A DNA stretch of 62,662 nucleotides, the filler included, from Nemertoderma westbladi (Eukaryota > Animalia > Xenacoelomorpha): NCBI GenBank assembly GCA_032718475.1. It is 3 parts of 3 records of this genome, joined end to end, with 100 filler letters (N's around TTAATTAATTAA, not from the genome) between each part and the next. Parts side by side here need not be neighbours in the genome. Positions count along the whole stretch, not along the records: positions 1 to 31,423 come from JAUCBJ010002571.1; 2 more parts are not named here. One strand, given 5' to 3'. The notes under the pieces are model-generated. The model saw only the letters and a list, made by a program, of their open reading frames with translations. It did no database searches and was not told the origin of the DNA. Numbering within the stretch: position 1 is the first letter of the stretch; the number at the start of each line of letters is the position of its first letter. A program made the translations under genes and the position numbers. Shown here in pieces: positions 13,505-24,705 of this stretch.

Positions 13505-14764
13505 TGTTCGCGCTTTTGAAGACCTTTAGCAGTTTAACCTGCCAAATTTTATATGTCTTTTAGTTAATTAAAACCACTTTAGCATACGACAATAATTTAT
13601 GCTAATACGCAAAACATTAGCCGAAATCAGCCCATGCGCGATCATTCACCCGATGGATCTACACCCGGGAGACTGAATTCGGATGCTTGAATTGTATTAT
13701 TACAGTGTAAGGTTGCAGTGTATACCTAATGTATTATTCGATAGATCGCTAATAATTAATCTCTGACAGATATTATTGGCTTTCGGGAAATATTAACAGT
13801 TCCTTTAGGACGTGGCGCTTTATCTATTTAAACAGAACTAGGACTTATACTAAACGCAACGATACTGCTTATGATTAAAGTATAAAGCGTATTCTTTAGG
13901 AAATACTTTGTTACCAATCACGATCGTACACACTATTCTGCCGACAGTCAGTACATTTGATCACACATAAAGAGAGCAGTAATTGACTCACGTAGGGTCT
14001 GCTAAATAACATTGGATTCAATACACACCACATTAATATAAATCGCAATTGTTATATATAGCCGGTCTCTCTAACCTGTAGTGTTATCAAGAAAATTGGG
14101 AATTGGGTGATTTATCCGTATTATCCAAATAGCAATATTTCCATCAACAAATATTTACAATTAATAACTGACGGTAAAATAACAGTACAAACAATATGAT
14201 TAATGCAATTAAATTAAGTGAGTATGTTAATTAAGATTGATCAATTAGTTAAGATTCGTTAGGTTAGGTAACAGTTTATACTTTCGATAATTCAAGCAGT
14301 TTACGGTACAGCAGTATCTATCCAAAATGCCGGTGTTTCTGGCTTAGACAGCAATAACAACAAAGTATCAAGAAAAAACAGTAAGACTGAACACTCTCCT
14401 TATGATCGACTAAAAGCTACACGTCGACAGGAAAAACCGCCCTGATTGGCCCAAGCCAAACAAAGAACCACGCGTCCAATGGCTGTTTCCATGTCAGCAA
14501 CCAGCTGCTAGATGTCGTAATATGAATCATCACGGCTAAGCTGTGAAAGGTGGTTGGTACATTACAAGTTTTTTGTCTTACCATGTCCGCCAAAACACGT
14601 ATATAGCAGAATGATTTTTATGTCCGTTAAAACACCTGTAAAGGTACCTTGCGGGCGAGGGGAATATATATACAGTTAGAAAACCTTTTTAGAGTATTCC
14701 AGCGCCTGGGGGGGAACTGGCCAGCAAAGGCAAACGTATCAGTTATCCCACAAAAGCTTTTACA
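13505..14764 (-). repeat. 3' LTR of copy 1
   Basis: Direct repeat of 24706-25965; no differences seen by eye. Confidence 0.97.
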
Positions 14765-14842
14765 CCGCTCCCAGAAAATGGGATTTAAGTCTATAAAATA
14801 TACAAAATCACAGTTTCTAAAATACAAAAATACTCTAAACAG

Positions 14843-16132
14843 TTAGTCTTTCTTGCGCGGACGGCGTTTACGCAGTTTTTTGAAGCTAGCAAGAGTCCTT
14901 TTCTCTTTGGGGCGAGCCACTTTACTAGGAGGGCTATAACTCCTGGGTGAAGGGTGCAATATGATTGCATCAGAAGGTATGGGATTGCGATCGGTATATC
15001 CGCCGGTCGAAGTACCGGGTTGATGGACATCAACGTCCGGGGAGAGGGGTCTAACGGCTTTGAGAGCTCGTTTCAAGACAGCCGCTCTTACGGGTCCTTT
15101 ACGAGTGGTCTGAACGAGGGCCGTGGGTGGACCATAGGCAGTTAGAAACTTCCTTGGTTTAATGGTTCTTTCCAACTCGCGTTCGCGGGCTTGGTACTCG
15201 TAAGGCCGTCGATATACTTCCTGTAACTCGATATGCGTGATTTCTGTTCGACAGAAGCGAATAGATAAGGATGGAACGCATAAATTCCTTCGTAAGCGCG
15301 TCCAGGATAATAGCGATGGCGCGAATCACGATGTAAATCAGCGTTCGCTTCCCAAGCTCTAATGTAACGTAGTGTGATCATTTCATCTACGCTTTCCAAA
15401 TCGCGATAAAAAAGGGCAATCGAAACTGGCGTGTCCCTTTAGTTGACAGTGGTGACATTGAGTCATAAATTGAGGGCAAACCGCAAAAATATGCAAATTA
15501 TTAAATCTGCGATACGCGCAATAAATTTCCATCGCCGGTTGTTCGTGGAAATAGGAACAGCGGACGTTTGTGTCCATGGGCGTAACATGGTCTCTCGATG
15601 CGCATAACCGACAACGTTGCCGAGAAACATAGTTGGCATGGCGATAATCGTACGCAGTGAGACACTGTGGACCTTGATACCATTCTAGGATGTAATCGTT
15701 GTCGTTGTTCCGAGCGCGATAGGCTGAATCTCTTCAGATTCCAGACATATTGGTTCGTCTTCCCAGTCTGTTACGAATAGAATTTTCGTGATCTATTCTC
15801 GGTTTATCGTTACGACGCCGCTGGGTATGATATTTAAATAGAACCATTTCCCTTTCGGTGTCTACATCGTCCGTATCATGTAAATCGATAGGATGGCCGG
15901 TAGTTAAGAAGTCCATATACGTACCATTACGATGCGTATAGCGAGCGGTTAATTTTCGATAGTCCAATTCACACGTAAGTTGCTCTTGGGACATCGGCGG
16001 TTCGATATAACGACCATCGTCCTCCGTAATAGTCGGATCGGCTTCACCGCGTATCAAGCTATCCACAAACGCTTGTAAAGGTAGAGTATATCGCTCTCTA
16101 ATACCAAGGTCATCTTCTATCAATTCCGTCAT
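14843..16132 (-). CDS. Accessory cassette of copy 1: overlapping short ORFs (132-aa acidic N-terminal ORF, CCHC zinc knuckle, basic C-terminus)
   Basis: ORFs 15734-16132, 15383-15577 (CHHCQLKGHASFDC = C-X2-C-X4-H-X4-C), 15142-15399 and 14843-15175 (KKLRKRRPRKKD). Homologous segments occur in the other copies. Confidence 0.6.
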
Positions 16133-16181
16133 ATCTGTTATCTGAGTTTGTTAATATCAATATAAGTTAATATTTTAGGTA

Positions 16182-16325
16182 AGCGGGCGTCGCTTCCTAC
16201 TAGGCCTTTTGCCCCCGGACAGTGGGTTTCTCAGCGCCGATGTACCGCTGTCGCAGTGTTTACGCCAACATGTAGCACAGCACGACAACGATAACCGGCA
16301 CAAGTCCCACCACTGTCCGTCCCAA
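16182..16325 (-). ncRNA. Conserved structured cis-RNA upstream of the accessory ORF
   Basis: Nested stems GGACAGUGG/CCACUGUCC, GUGCCGGU/AUCGGCGC and UAUCGUUGUCGU/GCGACAGCGGUA, with a covarying counterpart at 45078-45225. Confidence 0.6.
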
Positions 16326-17756
16326 AGGCTTGAATCCACTTGAGGTTATCTCGGTAGAGTTAGGGCTATTTTACAATTGCGATTAGCTACTGTAAACACA
16401 CTTTAGTAGTAACATTCACCTATAAACGCACAAATTCCATACAATCATTACTTACTGCACACATGCATACCATTTGTCCGTTAGTCAGTGTCTTCCAGAA
16501 TGTCACGTATTTACTATGTATCCTTGGATACTAATAGTGCGCTATGTATACTCTTATGCTACGCAATGGGGCAAGCCTTTTATTTTTCCCTTAACTTACT
16601 TCTAATTCTAGCGTGGGTGTTGCCATGGTGACATTATGGAAAACTAGCGGTAGAATTAGGGGCAATTCTCATGTATACAGATCTGGGATGTTATTTAATA
16701 GTAATTCTTTAATTGTCAATATCCTCTTTATGCATGATTTTATAAATTTTATCGGCTATTGACTATATGCTGGAGATTCTCACACTCTAGTACACTCAAT
16801 ATGAATCTCCGCTCCCATGATCTATTAATTACTGGGATTTTGGGAATGTTATAAATTGCACAAAATGACAATTTATGAAATTCATTTGAATATGAATTTA
16901 AATTTATTCCCGTGAATTTTATTATTTGATATTAAATTGACATAAATTTTATTCCAGAGCATATCTGGGAACTTAGGATCCTTAATTCTATAAAATAGTC
17001 CTTCTAAGAATATCGGTAAATACTGTGATATCTTAATTGACTAGAAATTTTAAAGGATCGGGATTTTACAGATTTTAACAAAATATTAAATTAATATTTA
17101 GGATGGGCACCATTTTATTCCAGAACTTGTCTGGGGACGTTAACCACTGATTCTAGAATTTGTCTTTCAAGTATATCGGTGGGTGCCACGATATCTTAAT
17201 CGACTAGAATTACAGATGGTCAAAAGTTTAACAGATTTATTTGCGATTTACGCTACTGTTAGAGGGACATCACGCTACTATATGTATTATTTGTTATAAG
17301 GTAGAAGAGCAATATCGCACGAAGCAATGTCAGTGTGAAGAGGCAAGTCGTTTCCAAGGTCTACCCAGAGCTTGGTTTAGCCGAGACACGAGGATCTGAA
17401 CTTTGCATTCCTAATACTCTGCCTACCAATAATACTTAAATATAGTAGTGGCTTTACTGTACTTTAAGAAGTACTGACATGTCATCTTACTATAGTCTCG
17501 CATTTATAATATAATACGGACAGTAAGGAAAGAGAAAATAATTACTTCTTGCCGTCGCACTAAATATATATTATAAGTAATTATGTACGTAATAAACACT
17601 AATATATTGCACTAATCTACTAAACATTCTAAAATAACATTTTACTAAATAAAATTAAAGAAAACGATTATAATAAAATTACATAATAATACATACATAA
17701 ATATAAAATAAAAACAAATATAAAATGATATAGTCACACGCCCACTCCATATGTTA

Positions 17757-20366
17757 TTACGTTATGGAGTCCCTAGATATTTGTCGGATTAGGGAAGTGG
17801 TCGTAGGAAGAGTATCTTGCCTTCCATAGTTTCCGGACAGTTTTCGGTCTCTTTCCAGTAAACATAAACGACTAGCTGGGCGATTGAGTGGTTGTGTTAG
17901 TTTCTCCGCTCCCTTGGCCTGTCTACTCTCCGCCGTGGTAAGATGAGGAGGCCATTCTTCTTCTTCTTTACTTAAGAAGTCGGATCCACCTAACCAGCCT
18001 GGAGTATCTATCAGTTCTTGAGGAGTTGCTCCTCTGGAAGCGATGTCGGCTGGATTAATCGTCCCAAGGCAATGTCTCCATTGATCTACATTGGAGTTAA
18101 TATCGTCATTATCTGAGGAGTATGGTGTTCCCTCAGTTGGGTCGTCCACATCACTGCTCTCCACTTCCCCCTTTACTTGGTATACCTGTTGTTGAGGTAA
18201 TCTCTCTTTGAGAGTTCTACGGGAAGGGCCAGTGAAGTACCAACCTACTCTAGTTCTTACCGCATAGGTTTGTAGTGGCTGTGGTTGAGCAGGCCGTTTC
18301 TCTAATGGCTCGAGCGCCTCATGCGCGTTTTGGCCGATGAGGATTTGCACTCCAGGATAATCGGTTTGGAATCGAGGTATCTCAAGATGTTGGATGCACT
18401 CATCCTCGTCCCAATTATAAGGTTCTGCTTGAGTAGTAGCAAAGTTCTTGATAGCCACCATTTTTACTGACCTTATACCTCGTGTTCCTAACTTATCCTG
18501 GGGGGTGGACAACACACCTACATAGTAATCTGCCGTTAGGGTAGATTTCCAAACCTGCATAATTCCTGACATATTCAATTTAGTCCGGAACTTGGGTTGT
18601 CCAGCAAAGATATCTTCGGCTAGTTCTTGATCGATGAATGTTCCTGTGCTGCCGGAGTCAAGTAGGGCGTTCACTATGTAACTCTTGTTGGGACCATGAA
18701 CTCGAACTTGCACTACAGGAAATTCTCTTATTCCTATGTTGGAAGTTGGAACTTTCCAAGATGGTTGTTTGTCAAAAGGAGTTGGAGTAAACTCATCAGT
18801 GTCCTTTTCATCCGTAAGTGCTCGATACACTGTGGTATTTATTAGATAACAGGATTCGTTGGCATCGGAGAATTCGTCTGTATAGAATCCTTCCCACTCA
18901 GAACCTTGGTCAGTGTCGTTCACATCACTGAATTGGACATGTAGTTCGGGCTCACTTACCTGACTCGGGTTGTCTCGTTCGAACTCACTGTGTAACAAGA
19001 TGTGATGTTTCGCGCCACACTTTGCACACTTTACGTCGGAGTAACAGGTTCGCCGTTGGTGTCCTGATCTGAGGCAATTATAGCATAGCCGCTTATTCCA
19101 CAGGACTGTACGTCTGTCTACAGGGGATTTCTTTAAAAATTCAGCACACGCACTCAAACGGTGGGGCCCGTCGCACAGCGCACATTTTGGTTTGATGTTA
19201 CTCACCTTAACTTGGTTAACGTTCTGCACTCTCGTTCTTTCTTCGGGCTTTCTTCCGTGAATTCTCTTAGGAGACATAGGAGGAGTTGTTGTTACCTGTT
19301 CTCTCCTGTCACTGGTTCGAGACTTGTATTTACTTACGTCTTTATAGGTCTTGTCAATATAATAAGATCGTTCGGTGTCTTTCCCGCTGTCTTCGTCTTG
19401 GGAAACTTGGCTTTCGCCGTCTTCAGTGTAACACACTGGTGTTACTCTTCTCCTGGAAGTGGGTTTCTCACTTACCTTATTTTCCGATGTTTTCTCTCTG
19501 GCTTGCTTGATGAGTTGTAGTCTGACTTCACCATCCAAGAACGACATGAGATCAGCCATGGTAGGGCTTCGTCGTTGTTGGTCATTCATGTACAACACTT
19601 TCTTGTCCCAGCGTGTACATACTCCACCCTTTGGTAAAGTAGAGACTACGGCTCCAATAACCATGGAACTCTGGTATTCGTGCGACTTACCTAACCAGTC
19701 CAGTTGTCTACAGATCTCTTGTATTTCATCGGAAAACTCTATAATCCCACTACTAAGGAAGTGTCGGGGGGCTACTAATTTTGTATACAAATACTTAGCT
19801 ATGTTATCTTTGTTACCATACCTGATGTTTAATGTATCCCAAACTTGTCTTAGTCCATCTGGATGTCCAATAAACTTTAACGCCATTAACTTGGGAGGTC
19901 CTTCCAAACATTTGATGAGGAATCTAAGTTTCTCTCCGTTAGATAGTACAGAGTTCTGTATGCTATCTTTGTAATATTCGTTGAAAGGTAACCATTTCAT
20001 CTCATCCCCATTGAATTTGACGATCTCTCCCACTTTGACCGCTTGGCGGGCTTCTGTTCTAGCCATCTGACGCGTAAAGCTTTCTTGGGCCATCGTGTTA
20101 TTTAATATCGAATTATCGGTATACAAATTTCTCGGATCATTATCAGGTCTATAGGGAATATCATCAATAACAGGTCTATAATCACCCTTAATAGGGTTTG
20201 CTATAGGAGTTTCAACTTCACTAGCAGTATAGATGCGTGTAGGCTCCACACCTTGCGCATGTGATACTTCAGACCTAACGGGTTGACTCAATGTTACCGG
20301 GGGCATTGGTATGCCTTTTTGTATATTGACTAATTTGTCGCGTTCTAGCGCGATACTTTGCTGCAC
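17757..20366 (-). CDS. gag-pol: BEL Gag core + zinc knuckles + aspartic protease, fused by deletions to an RNase H tail and the integrase C-terminus
   Basis: KFNGD..KWLPF and EKLRFL..CL Gag core; CALC..PH....C / CYNC...GH....C / CAKC...HH.LLH; ALLDSGS; ILIGQN; WRHC..INPADIASRG; RPASRLCLLE. Confidence 0.9.
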   Translation of the reverse strand: MQQSIALERDKLVNIQKGIPMPPVTLSQPVRSEVSHAQGVEPTRIYTASEVETPIANPIKGDYRPVIDDIPYRPDNDPRNLYTDNSILNNTMAQESFTRQMARTEARQAVKVGEIVKFNGDEMKWLPFNEYYKDSIQNSVLSNGEKLRFLIKCLEGPPKLMALKFIGHPDGLRQVWDTLNIRYGNKDNIAKYLYTKLVAPRHFLSSGIIEFSDEIQEICRQLDWLGKSHEYQSSMVIGAVVSTLPKGGVCTRWDKKVLYMNDQQRRSPTMADLMSFLDGEVRLQLIKQAREKTSENKVSEKPTSRRRVTPVCYTEDGESQVSQDEDSGKDTERSYYIDKTYKDVSKYKSRTSDRREQVTTTPPMSPKRIHGRKPEERTRVQNVNQVKVSNIKPKCALCDGPHRLSACAEFLKKSPVDRRTVLWNKRLCYNCLRSGHQRRTCYSDVKCAKCGAKHHILLHSEFERDNPSQVSEPELHVQFSDVNDTDQGSEWEGFYTDEFSDANESCYLINTTVYRALTDEKDTDEFTPTPFDKQPSWKVPTSNIGIREFPVVQVRVHGPNKSYIVNALLDSGSTGTFIDQELAEDIFAGQPKFRTKLNMSGIMQVWKSTLTADYYVGVLSTPQDKLGTRGIRSVKMVAIKNFATTQAEPYNWDEDECIQHLEIPRFQTDYPGVQILIGQNAHEALEPLEKRPAQPQPLQTYAVRTRVGWYFTGPSRRTLKERLPQQQVYQVKGEVESSDVDDPTEGTPYSSDNDDINSNVDQWRHCLGTINPADIASRGATPQELIDTPGWLGGSDFLSKEEEEWPPHLTTAESRQAKGAEKLTQPLNRPASRLCLLERDRKLSGNYGRQDTLPTTTSLIRQISRDSIT

Positions 20367-22460
20367 TTATTGCAACTCTGCTCTACTTTCCCTCACTGTT
20401 CCCTTAAGTTGGTGGACAGTCTCCTGCATCTGTCCTAGCAGAAGATTCATCCCCCGCCGTCCCTCTTCCACCCACTCAACCGCCGAAGCGGGAGTCGCCA
20501 ACATAGTAGCGGGCTGACGCGGGACGACGGGAGACAAATTATTGATTTCTCTCTCTGCTATCTGGACAGGGGTATTTGCATGGACTGTTCCACCGGGTAC
20601 AGGCAGTGTAGTGCTATGTAAAGGGAATTTAGAGTTAAGCTCTGGAAGTGCAGGGGTCTCTAGCATAGAAGTGACTTTGGGAATTACAGGCCTAATTATT
20701 TCAGGTTCATCGACTATAGTAGGGAGTCTTTTGACCTGGATAAATTGTTCTATAGGTTCCGCACTACCTAAATCTGTGCTAGTTAGCTGTCTTTTAACAG
20801 CTGGGGGCAAATCAGGCAATTTACGACGGTAATATGTTTTTCTACGCCTACTTAGATGAGATCTATCTCCTCCGCCTTCAGGGTCGGTAGTATCGCCTTC
20901 CTCCGATGAGGTGTACCCCTGGCGCTTGGGAGTAGATTTTCTCATCATCTGCATTTGATTAGCAGTAAACTGTTTATTTATACTGTCTTGTGTCTCTTGC
21001 AGATTTTCCAACTCCAGTTGGGTAGTCTGCTCAGAGGCTCTCCGTTCTGCTTCGGCCACTGCCCTTTCCGCCTTTGCTTCTGCCGCCGCTGCCTTTCTTT
21101 TTGCTTCTGCTTCTGCCGCTGCTGCCCTTCCTTTTGCTTCTGCTTCTGCCGCTGCTGCCCTTCCTTTTGCTTCTGCTTCTGCCGCTGCTGCCCTTGCTGC
21201 TATTCTTTCTGCTTCTACTTCTGCCGCTGCTGCCTTTCTTTCTGCTTCTGCTTCTGCCGTAGCAGCCGCCTTTTGTTCCTCTATCCTTCTTTTCTTTATT
21301 TGTTCTTCTCGGACTCTAGTGAGACGGAGTTTTTCATCACATTCAGCTTGGTTTGCAGCTAACATTTCGGTATCGATCGCGTCCAATATAAGCTTGGTTC
21401 CTTCACTATTAGGGGAAAGTCCATGTAGCCGTCTCCTCAACTCTTCGTCTCCTAGGAATCGCTGATAGTCGGACAAATAAATGTCGATAGCGTCTCTAGT
21501 TCGCGGTTTCTCGGCGGCCTCTTCGCTTTCCTCTTGAGCAAGGGTGACATCAGTTTGTTCGGAGACATCAGTTGGTTCCTCATAGATTGATCTCTCAGCC
21601 AGCTGGGATTTCCACTGGGCTGTTTCCTGTACTTTGAGATCTACTCGATGTAACCAAGTTTTGACAGCAACCTGCAGCGACGTGTCTTGTCTTCTTTTGG
21701 AAGTTTCCTCAAAGGCTGAGAGGATTAGTCGAATGCGTAGGGTTCTTTCGCGTATTTGATATAGCAGTTCTTCCTGCTCTTGAGGTCCGTGAGGTTGTCG
21801 AAACAGTTGTTCCTCCAATCGCTCCAAGGATCCGAAGAATCCCTGCACATATCCTGCTGCCGACCTCTTCCAAACAGCTGGATCCATTGTATCTTGAGCC
21901 ACTCCCATCCTGTGTATATCTTCCCAAGTAGCCTCGGACATATCAAACGGAAGTCCGAGTCCGGGAAAGTTCCATTGTGATTCAACAATAGATCTCAATT
22001 CTTCCCTGGCGTATCCCGCGTAATTATCTTGGGTCGCTTGCTTATTCTTCGCCCAGTCGGCTTGATGTTCCTCCACCGCAATGAGTATAGTAGTTAGCAC
22101 TGCAGCAGGAAGAGTAAGAAGGGGGTCCGAGTAGACTGTATCAGCCATCTGCACTCCATGTTCGGGAGTCAACTCTACAGTATCCGAACTGCTGGAGCTA
22201 TCTGGTCTCTGGGAAGTAGGTTCTTGACCAAGATGTTGCTGCGATAGGACAGCTGCCTCTTGGTCCCGTTTTACCTGTGCCCGAGTGCCTATGATGGACC
22301 TATGGTGGACTAGCCTAGGGTCTGATACTACTGGAGGGATGACCTTTTTTACAGTAGGAGGTGAGCCGAACCTCTCTATTATTCGCTCCACACTCCTATC
22401 TGAATCACAGATAGTGGTCTCGATCAGACTGTCCGACAGGTTTTGCTGAGTGTCAGACAT
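20367..22460 (-). CDS. gag: Long N-terminal Gag extension (697 aa, coiled-coil, AAAEAEAK repeats)
   Basis: In frame with 17757-20366 and separated from it by one TAA; homologous to 52018-53986. Confidence 0.8.
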   Translation of the reverse strand: MSDTQQNLSDSLIETTICDSDRSVERIIERFGSPPTVKKVIPPVVSDPRLVHHRSIIGTRAQVKRDQEAAVLSQQHLGQEPTSQRPDSSSSSDTVELTPEHGVQMADTVYSDPLLTLPAAVLTTILIAVEEHQADWAKNKQATQDNYAGYAREELRSIVESQWNFPGLGLPFDMSEATWEDIHRMGVAQDTMDPAVWKRSAAGYVQGFFGSLERLEEQLFRQPHGPQEQEELLYQIRERTLRIRLILSAFEETSKRRQDTSLQVAVKTWLHRVDLKVQETAQWKSQLAERSIYEEPTDVSEQTDVTLAQEESEEAAEKPRTRDAIDIYLSDYQRFLGDEELRRRLHGLSPNSEGTKLILDAIDTEMLAANQAECDEKLRLTRVREEQIKKRRIEEQKAAATAEAEAERKAAAAEVEAERIAARAAAAEAEAKGRAAAAEAEAKGRAAAAEAEAKRKAAAAEAKAERAVAEAERRASEQTTQLELENLQETQDSINKQFTANQMQMMRKSTPKRQGYTSSEEGDTTDPEGGGDRSHLSRRRKTYYRRKLPDLPPAVKRQLTSTDLGSAEPIEQFIQVKRLPTIVDEPEIIRPVIPKVTSMLETPALPELNSKFPLHSTTLPVPGGTVHANTPVQIAEREINNLSPVVPRQPATMLATPASAVEWVEEGRRGMNLLLGQMQETVHQLKGTVRESRAELQ

Positions 22461-23804
22461 GTTTAGTTATACAGTTGAATGTCTACTACTATAATTTCAG
22501 TTAAAGCAAGTCTAGTAATTCAGTATGACCGCAAGCTTAGCGATTTATTACCGGTACCGTTACTCAGTGGAACGTGATATATATACAATATATTAGAATA
22601 CCGGTATGCTTATAATATATAAGTATTATTACAGACTAGATTTGTCACAGAGTACCGGTATATAATTTTAGCACAAATATATATATATATATAGTAGGCC
22701 TATAATGAATACCGGTATACAGCTTACACTTACAGCATGTAAGTATAATTATGAACTAGAATTAATTACAGAGTACCGGTATGATTTCCGCTCAAATTTA
22801 TAGAGATAAATATAATAAGCCTATAATGAGTACCGGTATGTCAATTATTTTAGGATAATTGAATTTCTGAATATTTTGGGGTTACTTCGTTACTTTAACT
22901 TACTTTATTACCGTTATTTAAGCAGTAGTCCAACTGACAGTGAGACCTAGTTGTTGTATGGCAGGCCTACTATTTATAAATCGTTTGAGTTGATTTATAA
23001 TAGATATATACCCGTTTAAAAAGGGTTTTTGACAATATTTGAAATAAATGTTATTATTTCTGGGGAAGTCACTACACAGAAGCTGAGCGCTCTCAGTGAA
23101 GTGTTATTTATTTGACACTAAAACTGATAATTCTAATTTACCTAAGTTACTTAATACTACAAATTACTTACGATACGGGTGAGATTAATTCTCTAATTAA
23201 ACACAACAAAATATTACGGACGAAATTTTTAGGGTAATTTTACAGGAAGTCTACAAACCAGTCTAACAAAGGGTTAGATTTCTGGCTATTACAAAGGACA
23301 GGGTACTACGGTATTTAAATAATAAGTAGTAGTAAATATATTGTACTGTCCAGATAGGAAAATACCACCGCCTGACGACCTATAACCGTATCGCTATAGG
23401 TACAACGTTATGTATCACGGATTGTTCCTACCCAGAAGCTAATAGAGCTAACGAATGTGCCTATCAACCACTTTACAACACAAATATACTGCCTACACTA
23501 ATTACTTCGGAAGGCACTGTACTCTAAACCCTAAATTAGGTACAAGTACCGGTATAACAAATAATCAGTAGTTAAATATACTTGAACAGTTAAAAGAACC
23601 ACGGCATCTGCTGGAGTGACCGAAGCACAAAGTCGTCAGTCTTTACCTACGCCAAGCAGCCCTGATGTAGTACCGGGGTTAGTTTAACTATAACGGTATG
23701 TATAACAAGCACAATTACTGTAGGAATAAACTTGGGGACATGAATGTTGCGAATAATCGCATAAACTCTGAATAATAAATATTACGCTACCCGCACAGAA
23801 TACT

Positions 23805-24345
23805 CAAACAAATACAAACCAAAACGCTGGCAGACTACTATTAAGCCTAAACAAACTACTGTATGTGCAGATTCTGAAACTGTTAGTTAGTATGCGTTCT
23901 AACACGGTAGTACGACTTACTCTTTAAGAGGGGATTGACCTTACCGCTTATGGCTGCCCCAACTTACTAACGGCACTTGATCAGACCAACTCTACACACG
24001 CAGCAATCCCTTCAGACCTAAAAATAGCTAGACAACAATCCAGCCTACAAATATTTGAGTAATAACTATTACGGTACCTGAACAGACCACACAAACAAAC
24101 ACAGGCCAAAACACTGGCAGACCACGATCAAGCCTAAATAAACTACGGTATATGCAGACTCTGAAACTGTTAGTTAGTATGCGTGCTAACACGGTAGTAC
24201 GACTTATTCTTTAAGAGGGGATTGACCTTACCGCTTATGGCTGCCCCAACTTACTAACGGCACTTTATCAGACAAACTCTACACACGCCGTAATCTCTCC
24301 AAACCCAACCACAGTCAGACAGCAGCTCAGCCTACAATTATCTGA
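23805..24345. repeat. ~288-bp tandem duplication in the 5' leader of copy 1
   Basis: CCAAAAC(G/A)CTGGCAGAC... at ~23819 and ~24106; only one copy is present in element 2 (~55370). Confidence 0.8.
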
Positions 24346-24690
24346 ACAATCTGAGCAGGGTCACACGCCTTCTGCTCAATATTAGCCTACTAGTAAATAA
24401 AACCAACAGAAATAAGTAGAATCTCAAATAAAAAATCAGGGCGGCCGTTCCCTGATTAAGTACCAAGACCTACCGGTATACAACAATCAAAATCGAATAA
24501 TACTAATGTACTTGTACAGCAGTACCGATACCGGTGATGACAGTTAGGCCTACTGACCTACAAAGTACCGGTTCAGTTTTACCAGTCACTACGGTATTTT
24601 GCAACCCTATTGCCTACTGCAATAAGATTGTAAACCGTTACTGTTCGACAGAACAGTATTAAACTGTATTTAATGCTTACACTGCAATAC

Positions 24691-24705
24691 AGTATAAACT
24701 GTTAC
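24691..24705 (-). promoter_or_regulatory. Non-tRNA primer-binding site, complementary to LTR-internal 25469-25483
   Basis: Plus AGTATAAACTGTTAC is the exact reverse complement of GTAACAGTTTATACT inside the LTR. No TGG follows the LTR on the sense strand. Confidence 0.7.

Noticed and set aside
14843-16132. env gene
   Set aside because: No signal peptide, transmembrane helix or long Cys-rich ectodomain.
20955-21362. Cys/Phe-rich and poly-Leu ORFs on the plus strand
   Set aside because: Antisense shadows of the AAAEAEAK repeat in gag.
24680-24705. Canonical tRNA PBS
   Set aside because: No TGG on the sense strand within ~60 nt of the 5' LTR in either copy.
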